Assembly: GCA_030704615.1 (NCBI GenBank)
Contig: CM060734.1
Coordinates: 3,534,001 to 3,598,000, forward strand
Source: Takakia lepidozioides
Lineage: Eukaryota; Plantae; Bryophyta
Reading direction: 5' to 3'
DNA length: 64,000 nt
The notes beneath the pieces were generated by a model, which did not search any database, had not been told where the DNA came from, and was given only the letters and a program-made list of their open reading frames with translations. Positions within the stretch are counted from its first letter, which is position 1. Each line of letters opens with the position of its first letter. Shown one piece after another: positions 36,796 to 47,783 of the stretch. The position numbers and the translations under genes are program-made.

Positions 36796-37191
36796 ATGGT
36801 GAGGAAACATCGACCCGTCTTCCTCGAGGATGGGGAGGTAGTACCACATATCGATTGTGGCCCTAGAGCGACCATTTTTCGTGGCGAGGAGGCACCCATT
36901 GCACTTGATCCAATACAGGCTGCCGGGCACAATCGTAGAAGGGACCGGAGCCAAATTTCAGGTGATGCGGAGGATGTTGACACTCCGGGATCGAGTCGGG
37001 CGCACCACGGGTTGCCCCCTCGCGGGCCACCCCGTCCAACCACGTCCACCTTTGACCCCCCCGACAGGATTGAGTGTTGGTGCACTAAGTGTTGGGAACG
37101 GATACCGCCGGGTGGCACCAGACCACCGAGGCGGCGACCGCATGTTGTCAAAAAACATTACAAGAAGAAGAAGATTGCAGATGCGGCAAAG
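36796..37191 (+). CDS. Probable first exon of the CACTA transposase (transposase-associated Zn motif)
   Basis: IECWCTKC...R.PHVVKKHY; followed by AAG|ATGAGT (likely mutated GTGAGT donor, phase 0), compatible with the acceptor at 39328. Confidence 0.5.
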
Positions 37192-37457
37192 ATGAGTGTT
37201 TTTCCCACCCCTCTCATTAACATTCATTTAAGGTACATTTAGGTTTATCTAATAATATAGTATGATTGGTAAGCATACATGAATGAAAATTACGACATAA
37301 GTATTGATGCGTCGTTCACTACGCACATTGCAGCCACGACTTGATGCCCAAGCTCGCAATCACATTGCACAGGAGGCATTTCGCGCCGGTCTACTTGCAG
37401 AATTTGTGCCAGAGCATGTGCCCGATGTGACCAATTGGTTCCCCCAGCAGCACGTAG

Positions 37458-38434
37458 ATGATGCGTAGGGTCGAGGGGTATCATAGGTGTCGTAGGCATT
37501 ATGGCCGGCGACGAGCCCCCCCCCCCCCCCCCCCGTCTGTTTCTTTGCCTGATCCACCTCCAGTTGTACCTGATTCGGACGTTGTACCCCCGGCTGCACC
37601 TTTGACATTATATCCTCAACCACCTCCATTTTCATCTCCTCCGCTAGCAGTACCACCTCCACGTGCATGTGCCCCCCGAACCCCTAGGAGGGGTCGGCTT
37701 CGCCCTAGGTTTCCTCCCCTTCGGCTTGGGCGGCCTGAGCCGGATCCTCGCCCCCGATGGGAAGCGCATAGGACTATGTTACTGAGGACCGTCCAGCCTC
37801 GTTGTTGGGGGAATCATCTCGACCCTCCCATCCCCATCCGAGAAAATGTGGAGTTCGAGTATTGGGGGAGACGGTATGTTGTGAGAACCGCTACAGACCC
37901 TGCTATGGGTCGGGGTTTATTCACGGTCAATGATATTGTGGTTCCTCCTCGAGAAACAGCATGGTGGACTTGTTTCCCTACTACGGTCCATACTACACCT
38001 CCACGGAGTTCCGTACATTATGCCTCGAAGCCCCATACATCCTACCCTACATTTTGTGTGTCAACGGACAGGATGTACGTAGACGGGGGTTGTCTCCCAT
38101 TGAGATCAGATTTTGTGATGGTGACCCCGACATCTTCGGCAACGTTGCTGGACTGGCCAATAGTTCTTTTGGTCATCCTAGGAGAACCAATGTAGTATGG
38201 GACGAGCGAAGCGATGGGCATGAGAGCTTTTGTGGTCATACGTCAGTATACTGTGAGGGGATGCACATGTTTGTGATGACATGTGCTAGTAGGACTATTA
38301 GGGCTGGCAGCGAACTATTTACATCATACGAGTTCTCCCGGGATGATTGGGACCGCCGATTACAGCGTGAGTGGGATGTATATGATAGAAATAGGGTTCC
38401 TTTGAGACAGAGATCGCGTAGAGGGGCATTGTAG
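37458..38434 (+). pseudogene. SET-domain (lysine methyltransferase-like) ORF with Pro-rich linker; one frameshift at about 37960
   Basis: MGRGLFT; YYGPYY; DGDPDIFGNVAGLANSS (cf. GN.ARF.NHS); ASRTIRAGSELFTSY (cf. I..GEEL..DY). Confidence 0.75.
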
Positions 38435-40096
38435 ATATTCTCATGATGTACTTTGTATACATCCGATTAATCGATTGATGTAAAATCTTTTCTTGTTGCT
38501 CGTGTGGGTTGCAACTTTGCATATGTGATCTAAACATACTTATGCACATGTGGACCAAATATTAGCTTGAACCAAGTTGATTCAATGGGTCATTCTAGTG
38601 TTGAACGCAGCTACGTGTCATAGAGACGGAAAATTGTGTTTCGCCTGCATATGATTTTTTTTTAATTCCATTTTCAAGCCATATGCTTAATGATAGCATA
38701 TGCAATGTGCGTGCAAAATTTGGGAGTAAACAAAAGTCATTTGTACCCATAACCAGATTTTGTTCTCTCATTTGCACTCCAAAGCTGAGTTATCTTCAAC
38801 TTCATGCACTTTTCATAGAGAGTTCTGCAAAAGTGACCCTAGAAACACACTTATTTTTTTCCATTTTTTGCATGATATAGTGGGGCAAAGCCCGATGTCA
38901 CAGAACAAAATAGAGCTAAAAAAAAAATCATTGCGCCCCTCAAAACCGCAATCATATGTTTTGTAAATGCAAACATTTATTTTAAATTCATTCAAATTCA
39001 TTCAAAATTGGTGCAAGGTGAGTGCGTCGTTGGGGAGGCAATTTTATTTTGTTTTATTTTATTTTTCACCTGCTGGATGGTGTTGCACACATATTTAAGC
39101 ACATGTAGGAAAAAATGAAGCTTGAGCCACATTCGTTTGTTGGGTGCAATAGCATGAGAGGATTTTCTTTCACATTAATAAACAAAAATTGGTTGATAGG
39201 GTGAATGCGTCATTGGGGGGGGGCAAATGACTTTGTTTGGGTTTGAAACTTTGCATGCGTTATAATGAAGTGTATGGTTGCAATGACACATTATAATATA
39301 TATCCCTATGTTCATTTGTTCGTATCAGGACTTTGTCCATCCCTTCCCGGTCTTTTCTCTTGGCACCCCATCCGAAAACAACCCAAGTACATCAGGCGGG
39401 AGCCATGGGCGAGACGCCGCCCCCACGGTACCGGACGATGATGACGATGACAGTGATAGTGATAGTGACAACAATAATGAGCATGGAATTAACCAGGAGG
39501 ATGTGCAAGCCATGGAGGATATCTTAATGCATCATGTGGCCGCTGATGCATCCCATGAAGAGAGAACCTGACCAATCAATGATCCTGAAATGGCCCCCTC
39601 AAATGACATGGAGAGGGAGGCGAGAACTCCCTTGTACGAAGGAGCGAAAGTGAGTCGACTTTCAACAATCTTACTTTTGCTCAATCTTCAAATTCGATTT
39701 GGCATAAGTAATGTTGGGATGTCTGCCATAATGCGAACTATTGCAGACTGTCAGGTTAAATAAGCACAGTGTGAAAACAGCTAGAATAAAACTAGTTATT
39801 TGTATTTAACACTTGGATTTAGGTCAAGTGTTAAATCAGATGTCAAGTTTAGTTTGACACCTGGTCCGTCTTATCTTCACGAGAGCGGCAGTCGCGCGGC
39901 TCATCTTTCTCGAGTTGAGCCTGCGTGACCAAGCTCCTGCATGCGGTTAGATTTGAGTGTGCTTATGTAGGGGTACAGGTTGTTGTGGGGTGGAGTCCCC
40001 ATAGCTTGGGGTGCCCCTGGCTCGACTACTATTTCTAAGAGTGATGGTTTGGTTTTCATGTTTTGTGTAAACAGTGTGTTCGTTGGTTTTCTATCA

Positions 40097-40110
40097 CTCG
40101 AGAAAGATGA
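40097..40110 (+). promoter_or_regulatory. Self-complementary primer-binding site candidate (copy C)
   Basis: CTCGAGAAAGATGA is complementary to 39901-39914. Confidence 0.7.
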
Positions 40111-40214
40111 CTCTTACCTGTGAGTGCAAGGTAGGAGTTGAGGGTTAGCACTTGCAAGATTACCTGTGTGTAAGTAGTGCTTAGTTTGAGAAGCATATCA
40201 TTGAATGTGATCAC

Positions 40215-40575
40215 AAGATTCAGCGTGCCCTGAAACGCCTGGAGGATGACGATGCCAGAGCCGCCACTGTTATTGCAGTCGCTAAAGCTACCAAGTCACC
40301 AGAGGCTTTGGAGTACACGAGGAGAGACTTAAAAATGCAGCAGCAAATGCTAGTTGGCACCTATGCGTGATCCTTGAAGCTGGATGATTGTTTCCCCAGT
40401 AAGCTTATAGAGAAGCTCTACCGTGCAGCATGGAGCAGCGCTGGCAAGCTGTGAACGCTGATACCTGCACTCTTGTAGTCTTGGAGTCCAAACTAGGACA
40501 CGGGGAATATGACCGGTCAACAACCAAGGTGCTGCATTTGATCAACAATCCTGAAGCGGAGGGAGCCCAGGCCAC
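40215..40575 (+). pseudogene. MAD1: Captured MAD1 (spindle checkpoint) gene fragment
   Basis: 40481-40570 reads LESKLGHGEYDRSTTKVLHLINNPEAE, like plant MAD1 LESKLGHGD(F/Y)....T(K/R)VL; coiled-coil-like piece upstream. Confidence 0.65.
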
Positions 40576-41339
40576 GGACTAGCTCATCTCGTCTTACCCT
40601 GGGAGTGCAAAGGATGAATAGGTGAAGATTCTTTGGCAGATCAGAGCAGGGCGGAGCTCGTTGCGTTGACTGGCTAGCCGTTATATGGTCGACAGTCGCT
40701 TAAGCTGCAGGGTTACGTTGTCGGGTGATCGATATTGTTTCCAGGTCTTCATTTGGTGGGCATGCCGGGAGCGTGGAGGGGATGACATTGAGACGGCAAC
40801 AGAGGCTCAGCTGTGGAGGCAGTTCACATTAGCAACGTGGCTTTACCGAATACAGCAGCTTTCTGGACAAGATGCTTGCGAGGTTGTAGGGGTCAGCTGC
40901 AAATGCTAAATGCCACTCTGTTCACTTGCAGGTAGCTTCTGCGACAATCTAGTACAAACAACATGCACAATTGTAGCAGAAGGATGGTCAGACGAGTTCT
41001 CCAGGAAAGCTCTGAAATGCACAGGACCATTTCTGCTCCGTCTAATGGGTATGTTGTGTCTGTTGCAGCAAAGCTGTGACAAGCAAATTGTAGGCAGATC
41101 ACCTTCACCTGCATGTGGTTTCATGTGCTCTTTGGAGACTTGTGTCTCTGTTCCTTATGAAAGGGCTGTTGCTATGGATTGCGACTGGTGATGCTCAGTT
41201 GAGTAAAGGAACGAAGTTCACTCCTCCGATGTTTTTGTGTGCACCTAGTCTGTAATTGGTGCTAACCTGGCTTAGGGGGCAGCTGGCTTGTGCTGAGGTG
41301 AAGAGCCGGTTGAATGCGGCCATTGGGGGCTCTACCCAC

Positions 41340-41769
41340 ATTCTCCATACACTCAAAGGTCCCAGCAGTAACGGGCTCCACAATCAATGCGTCCTTGAGC
41401 TTTCCATCATCATCTTTTTGAAAGCAGTGAGCCAAGCCTAACACAATATAGTCATCGTCATTCCAGTCCGGGTCTTCTCCCACGGCAAAAGCCTTGGCAA
41501 TCGCACAGGAAGGTTTTAGACTGTGCCTGGCAGGTTTAGAAAAACAGACAGAGGTTCCCGTCAGTGACGGCTCTACAAAAGGAGAGCGAGAAAGACGACT
41601 TCCTGTGGATGATGAAGCTGGCTCTCCCAAGTAAGCCCTCCGTCAAGTGAACTGCATCTACTGGAGCTCGGCTCGACGAAGCCTTTGCTGACGATGCCTC
41701 TCTGTTGGAGATGGCGTCTACCGCCAAACCAGTTTTCAAAGCCTTCGAGTAACCTGCTACAAACGCCAT
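41340..41769 (-). pseudogene. Captured first exon of a probable plastid-targeted conserved hypothetical protein (frameshift at about 41540)
   Basis: Ser/Ala-rich transit-peptide-like start MAFVAG..., then DDYIVLGLAHCFQKDDDGKLKDALIVEPVTAG, ending at a GT donor. Confidence 0.55.
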
Positions 41770-42290
41770 CGAAACAGCTACAGCCAGGAAGTGAAGCGAA
41801 GAAGACAAAAGACGTTGATGAGTGTAGAAGGATAGCTTAGAAACTGATGGAAAAAGGCCGAGGTGGGCTGTCACAGGTATTCGCCATACAGGTGAGTGGG
41901 CTCCGTGAAGACCTCAAAAAAAAAAAAAAAACAAAACATGCCGGCACCTGTGCACTGCAGAAAAGCAATAGAGAAGGGAGCAGTTTTTAATGGCGAGAAA
42001 GTTTTGGTGTTAAAAAAAATAATTTTTTAAAAAAAAAGCCATTTTGATCTAATTTAAATGATTTAGAGCCTGGTTGGTCATATCTTTGTCAAATGAGCTC
42101 CGTTTGACTCAGTTCTTGAGGGGATAGCTGTAGAAAGGGGAAATCTACCTATCTAGACCTGGTTTTTGTTTTTGGGACTCTGCTAATATGGAATTTTTAG
42201 AGTGTGAGTGTGCCATGAAAGATCCACAATCCTGTATCTAGAACTTGTGCTGGTCTATATGAGAGACAAATTTGTGGATGTACTCCTTGC

Positions 42291-43040
42291 ATGGCTGGGG
42301 GAAATGAGGACGTAATTGAAGGGCAGGTCTCTTCTCTTAGCCTGTGCACACAAGGGGACATGATTTATGTTTCCCAAGGAACTCAGACTGATTTGAGTGG
42401 AGAACAGTTGGACGAGTTGATTGCATACTGGGAGTCAGGCATTAGCAGTAGACAACAGACTGCTGTAGTTGGCATTGAGGGCCTCAATATCGCCTTGGAC
42501 AGTCAGAACTCTGTTGGAGCCAGCAGTTCTGCAGCTGTAGGTGAAATACCAAAGTGGGTGAAAGCTAGGCTTGGAACACAGCCAAAGACAGCCCCGGGGA
42601 CCAAGGTGTTCAGCCACAAGGCCGTGGTGTACTGGAGCAGAGGAGCAGGAGCTACACAAGTTTGTGCAATCAGACATGGTTGCAGCCGGATACGCTCTGC
42701 ACAGGGCAACCACGAGCGGGGGTTCATCAGCAATGACATGTTTGTTGTGCGTGAAGGAGATGCAGTCATTCGCAATGAGGACACCCGCAACCGTCTCAAA
42801 GCTTTCGAGTTGAGAGACTATCAGACCCTACCTTTGTTTTCTTTAGTGTTCAGTGAGCGGGAGATAGGGGAGTATTGCTTTGTCTCTACCTGGCAGAAAG
42901 AGGATGAGGGTTGGTTAGAGCGAGCTACTATAGCTTGGGACAAGGTTAGTGGCAGGTTTCTGGACATAGATATACCTCCTACACCTTACCATCACGCAGA
43001 GCAAGGCACTTTGAGAGAAGTCTGGAAGTTGATAGCATAG
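42291..43040 (+). CDS. Hypothetical 249-aa protein in the copy C leader
   Basis: Uninterrupted ATG-to-TAG ORF upstream of gag; no recognisable motif. Confidence 0.5.
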   Translation: MAGGNEDVIEGQVSSLSLCTQGDMIYVSQGTQTDLSGEQLDELIAYWESGISSRQQTAVVGIEGLNIALDSQNSVGASSSAAVGEIPKWVKARLGTQPKTAPGTKVFSHKAVVYWSRGAGATQVCAIRHGCSRIRSAQGNHERGFISNDMFVVREGDAVIRNEDTRNRLKAFELRDYQTLPLFSLVFSEREIGEYCFVSTWQKEDEGWLERATIAWDKVSGRFLDIDIPPTPYHHAEQGTLREVWKLIA

Positions 43041-43559
43041 ATCAGGATTAGATCTTGCTTGGGCGGGCTTCTATTCTTCCCCTCCATCTCTGTACTATTT
43101 TCATTACCTTGTACTCGTAGTTGCCAAAGCCTCTCTTGGTGGAGGCCAGTCAGTCCGGGGTTTTGGGCTGGGATATTTTGCAGGATCAGCATTGCAGCTG
43201 GATTTTGGTGTGGGGGTGTTGATGTTTTGATTTCTTGTGTTTGGATCCCCCCCAACACCTGCATGCTTGACTGTGCGCCATGTTGGTTTTGTGTGGGTGC
43301 TTGCTTTCATAGGGATTAGGCCGGATTTGATCACCGGTCAATCCTAGAGTATGCTGTCGGTGGTGAGGCTGGAGTGATGACCAGCAAGACCACCAGTGTT
43401 TCTTCTATGGTGAGGCTGGGTTGATGACCAGCCAACCATAGGAGTTCTTGCGGTGGATGCAGGTGCAGGTGCCCTGAGCCATTGGGATATGACCCTTAGA
43501 CTGCAACAGGTGCCCACCCGTGTCACTATTAGATTAGTACTAGAGCCTTATAGTGTCAC

Positions 43560-46500
43560 GTGGAGGAGGTGCACATTGTGAGTGTCATTACAGAGTTACC
43601 CAAGGGTTTTGAGGGGAGTACGGCTACAGGCAGTAACAGTGAGAGTGGGTTCACAAGACGAGGTATTCGGTTCAGACCACCTTCACCGCCACCCTCAATT
43701 ACTGTAGAGTCAGACACAGACTCGGAGGCTTAATCAACAGGTGTGCACTTTCATTCGCCATTGTTGTGGGACGACATGGAGGAGATGTATGGAGCTACCA
43801 AGGGGCCTCGTAGGTACTCTGGAGCTGTGGGCACAATCGAGTTGGATGACTTTATCCAGGAGTTCGACAGCTGGTGTGATTTGCAGCAGATACGCAATCC
43901 ACAGCTATTCACCCCATTCATGGCGTGGAAGGGACTGTTCCAGCATTTGGAAGGCCCGCCTATGGACGATTACCACGAGTTCAGGCGAGGACATGAAGCA
44001 GAGATTGAGGAGTGGAGGATGTATTGGTCACCTGACTACGTCTCCATTACTCGAGGCACGACGCGACCAGTAGCTGCATCAGTACTAATAGCTCCCACTG
44101 CCAGCACTAGTAGTGGAGCAAGTAGTGCTGGTACTTCTGTAGGTGGTACCAGTTCAAAAGGTGCTACTACTCCTCCTGCCACGACTACAACACATGTGCC
44201 TAGATTCAACCCGGTGGTGGAGTTCTTCCAGGAGTTGCGGAGGAACTACCAAGGTGTACGGACAGAGAAGCTGCGAAGTTTGCAAGACTTCCAGCGCAAA
44301 CCCAGTGAGAGCCTGCGAGAGGCGTACACTCGTATGAGGCGCTTGATAAGTGTGACCCAAGGGGTTAATGAAGCTCAGGCAATCCAATTTTGGTATGGAA
44401 TTCTGGACAAGGAGCTCAAGAGAAGGGTGCGAGATGCAACCCTGTTACAAGCAGCCCAACCCACATTAGCAGATGTGTTTCTGCTGGCTGAGTGGATTGA
44501 GCTCAACATGGTGGAGGAGCGAGTTGTTACAATTGGATTTGGCAAGGACATGCCTGCACGGGGCACAGCTGTGAGCCCACAGGCACAAGGGACTGCCCAA
44601 CAGCGTGGTCAGGGGGGCAAGGTTGCCCAGCCCAAGTTCCATGGAGCTTACAGGGGACCTCAGGTGCAAGGCCCGTGGCATCTTTTGCAGGCCAACAGCA
44701 ACCAGGGGTGATATGTTGGACATGTGGAGGACCCCATGTCAAGAGAGATTGCCCAGAGAGTGGCAAAAGGCCGGCACAAGCACAGCCTACACAGTTGCAG
44801 TGTGGGCATTGCGGCAAGTATGGGCATGGAGATGCCGAGTGTTATGACTTGCATCCTGAGTTGCGCCCAAGCCAGTTCCAAGGGAATAATGGTGGCCGGG
44901 GGCGAGGTGGACCAGCCCAAAGAGGACGAGGTGGTCGGGCACGAGGTGCAGGCCAAGGGCAAGCTCCACATGGCCAAGGACGCGGAGGTCAGGGTGTTGA
45001 CCAAGGCATGGCCAATCGGCTTCAGCAGCTAGAGCAGAGGCTTGCTGCCATGGCTATAGCTCAGGCGGTATCGACTCCCAGGCGGGATGGTCCACCTCCT
45101 GCTCCTGAGGGAGGAGATATGGGAGGCATGGGATTCATGTGCGGAGCAGCACTACCACTAGAGCAGGTGGAGTCTGCTGCAGCCGTGACTCGAGGAGCAG
45201 CACGAGTTCCTGAGCCACGAGGTGCAGAGGTGGAATTGGATCCACAGCGTGGGGAGGCAAGGCGTCAGGCGAGGCTTCCTCAGTCATTCACATTGGCGGA
45301 GACTGTGTCAACGCCATCCATGGCACCTAGTTCTCGCCCGACTATTACCGAGGCGGAGGTTACTATGCCATTGGGGAGAGCTACACGTGCAGCACTGACA
45401 CCTGCTGCCAAGGCTAGTACAGCCGGTGTGTTATTGGGGGCAGCCACCTCTGTGTGTCAGGCCCCACTGTTCTCGGCAACAATGATTGCGACGTCGGGGG
45501 TGAGACCAGCTGCAGTGTTCCGACTAGCAGCAACACTCTGTGAGAGTGGGGAGGTCACTTCATCTTCTGCGGAGTTAGTGGAAGGTGTAGTGGCAGAGGG
45601 ATCCTCGGATTTGAGGGTCAAGACTGCCACGGCTGCGCCCTGGCAAGCTGCAGCTGTCAGGTTGACGGAGCTGCCAGCTAGGCCAACCTTTGAGCGCGCC
45701 ATGGTGACACCTGGAGTTGTCTTGTTAGACAACCAGGGAGGCATTTTCACTTTGAGTGGACCGGCAGGCAAGAAGTACCGGCCACTGCGGGTCTTGTTGG
45801 ACTCGGGAGCTCAGCCACTGATGTTGGGCAGAGCTGCTATTGCAGGTTTGGGCCTCATGGAGGCGGATATGGAGCCTTGTCCTTTCCAGATACAGACATC
45901 TCGAGGAGGATCAGAGCAGGCTCGGGGCATGACACGGCATCAGTTGGCCATTAGACTGCAGCCGGATCATCCTATCGATGGCTCAGTAATGCGAGCCAAG
46001 GCCATTGTGACAGACGCAGTCTCTTACGATGTCCTCGTTGGTGGGGCAGTGTTATACCCCATGGGCTTCACCCTGGACTTTGGGAGGAGTTAGCATCCTA
46101 CAGGCCTGGATGGCAGTCAGGCGATGGTCGCCGTGCACAGTTCCCTGTGACATTCATTGGGGTATAGCGGCTGCCCAGCGGGGCAAGATGCCAACACTAG
46201 CCGCCTTCACAGCTGCAGTTAGTTGGCCTGGAGAGTTGCTGGAAGGCAATGCCCATGCAGAGGATGTGCCACCTCCAGCAGAACATGATGACATGCATGG
46301 TATGGCGGAGTTGCCTGCCATGGTTGCTCACACTCCATTGTGGGGTACAAGCAAAGATTTGCAGCAGGGTGCTGATCGACGGGTGCAACAAGCCTGGGTA
46401 GAGGCTTTTGTACCGTCAGGAGAGGAGGAGAGTGCGGGTATTGCACCAGGACCACCTCAGTTGTCACCATTGGATACCACACCTATTGTGTGGCAGTATC

Positions 46501-47783
46501 CGGATGAAGGCATTTGCCTTCTGGACTTGTTTGCGGGATCAGCACCGGATTGGCTGCTGTGCTACAGGCAGGTGTGCGGGTAAGGCGTTACCTGTATGTG
46601 GAGAGGGATGAGACTGCACGACGCGTCTCAGTGCGTCATGTAGCTTAGTTGGTACAACAGTACCCTGACTTGTTGCCTGTGTCTGTAGTTCGTGGATACC
46701 AACAAGCCTTGCCAGCAGACATTTCCTTGTTGGGGGCGCAAGATTTGGAGCAGGTTGGCTCCATTGATCTGATAGTGGCAGGTTGGCCCTGCCAAGGGCA
46801 TTCATCAGCCGGGCATGGCAATGGATTGCGAGACTCGAGGATGGGTCTGTTTTGGGAGATGGTGCGGGTTTTGCGCCACTTGCAGCTTCATCAAGCTGTA
46901 TCTCCAGCATACATCTTGGAGAATGTGCCATGATGGGTGATTCTCGGGCCAGGGTGATGGCCAGTGTGCATCAAGTCCGGTCGTGGCTTGGGTCAGCAGT
47001 GCTGCTGGATGCAGCTGCAGTGGGATCACAGGCTCATCGTCCATGGCTTTGGTGGACTAACTTGATGCCACCCGCACTGCTCAAGCGTGCATATGATGGG
47101 GTGCAGCGGCCAACACACCTCACCGTGGATGGCATTTTGGACACAGGGAGGCAGTCTCAACATGTGAGACACGATGACCGTTCGCCTTTGGCAGTGGTCA
47201 ACAAGGTGGGTCAACCACGAGCAGCATTACCTACACTGCTCAGCTTCCAGGATCCCATGTTTTTCGGGATGGTGGACCTGGCCTCTTGTGGGATAGCTAG
47301 TTGCAACAGTTAGTGGAGCCTAATGCCGACGAGCGAGAGCGAGGCGGACTATGGGATTTTCCACTGGGACCACGGCGGTGCCTTCTCTTTCTGAGGCATC
47401 ACGTCGTCAGGTGTTGTGTGGGGCAAGCAATGGATCTCAATGCTTGACCTGGATTATCAGCTTGGCTATGGCTGAGCACGGTAGAGTGCGGAGTGCACTT
47501 CCCTTGATGGTCTCTCTGCCTACCGAGACGGTAACAGCAGCGAGCGAGGGGGGCGAGCCGGTGAGGACCACGGGGTGTAGGAACATCCATGGCACACGTG
47601 GGAGTGCTCGGGTTCAGAGGGGAGGTTGGCAGCCAAGGCAAGCTTTGTGTGATGTGATGGATGGGTTGGGGATTCTTATCGGGATGAGGAGGGGTCTCAA
47701 TGATGAGATGATGGGGGCAGGATGAGGCCTTGTCATTGACTGAGCAGAACGGAGGTAGTACTGCTCAAAAGGTTGCAGCATAG
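43560..47783 (+). pseudogene. gag: Copy C Gag - protease - C5 cytosine methyltransferase (frameshifted)
   Basis: CWTCGGPHVKRDC and CGHCGKYGHGDAEC; LLDSGAQ; intact GWPCQ (Cys codon 46790-46792); LENVP; AHRPWLWWTN. Confidence 0.88.
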
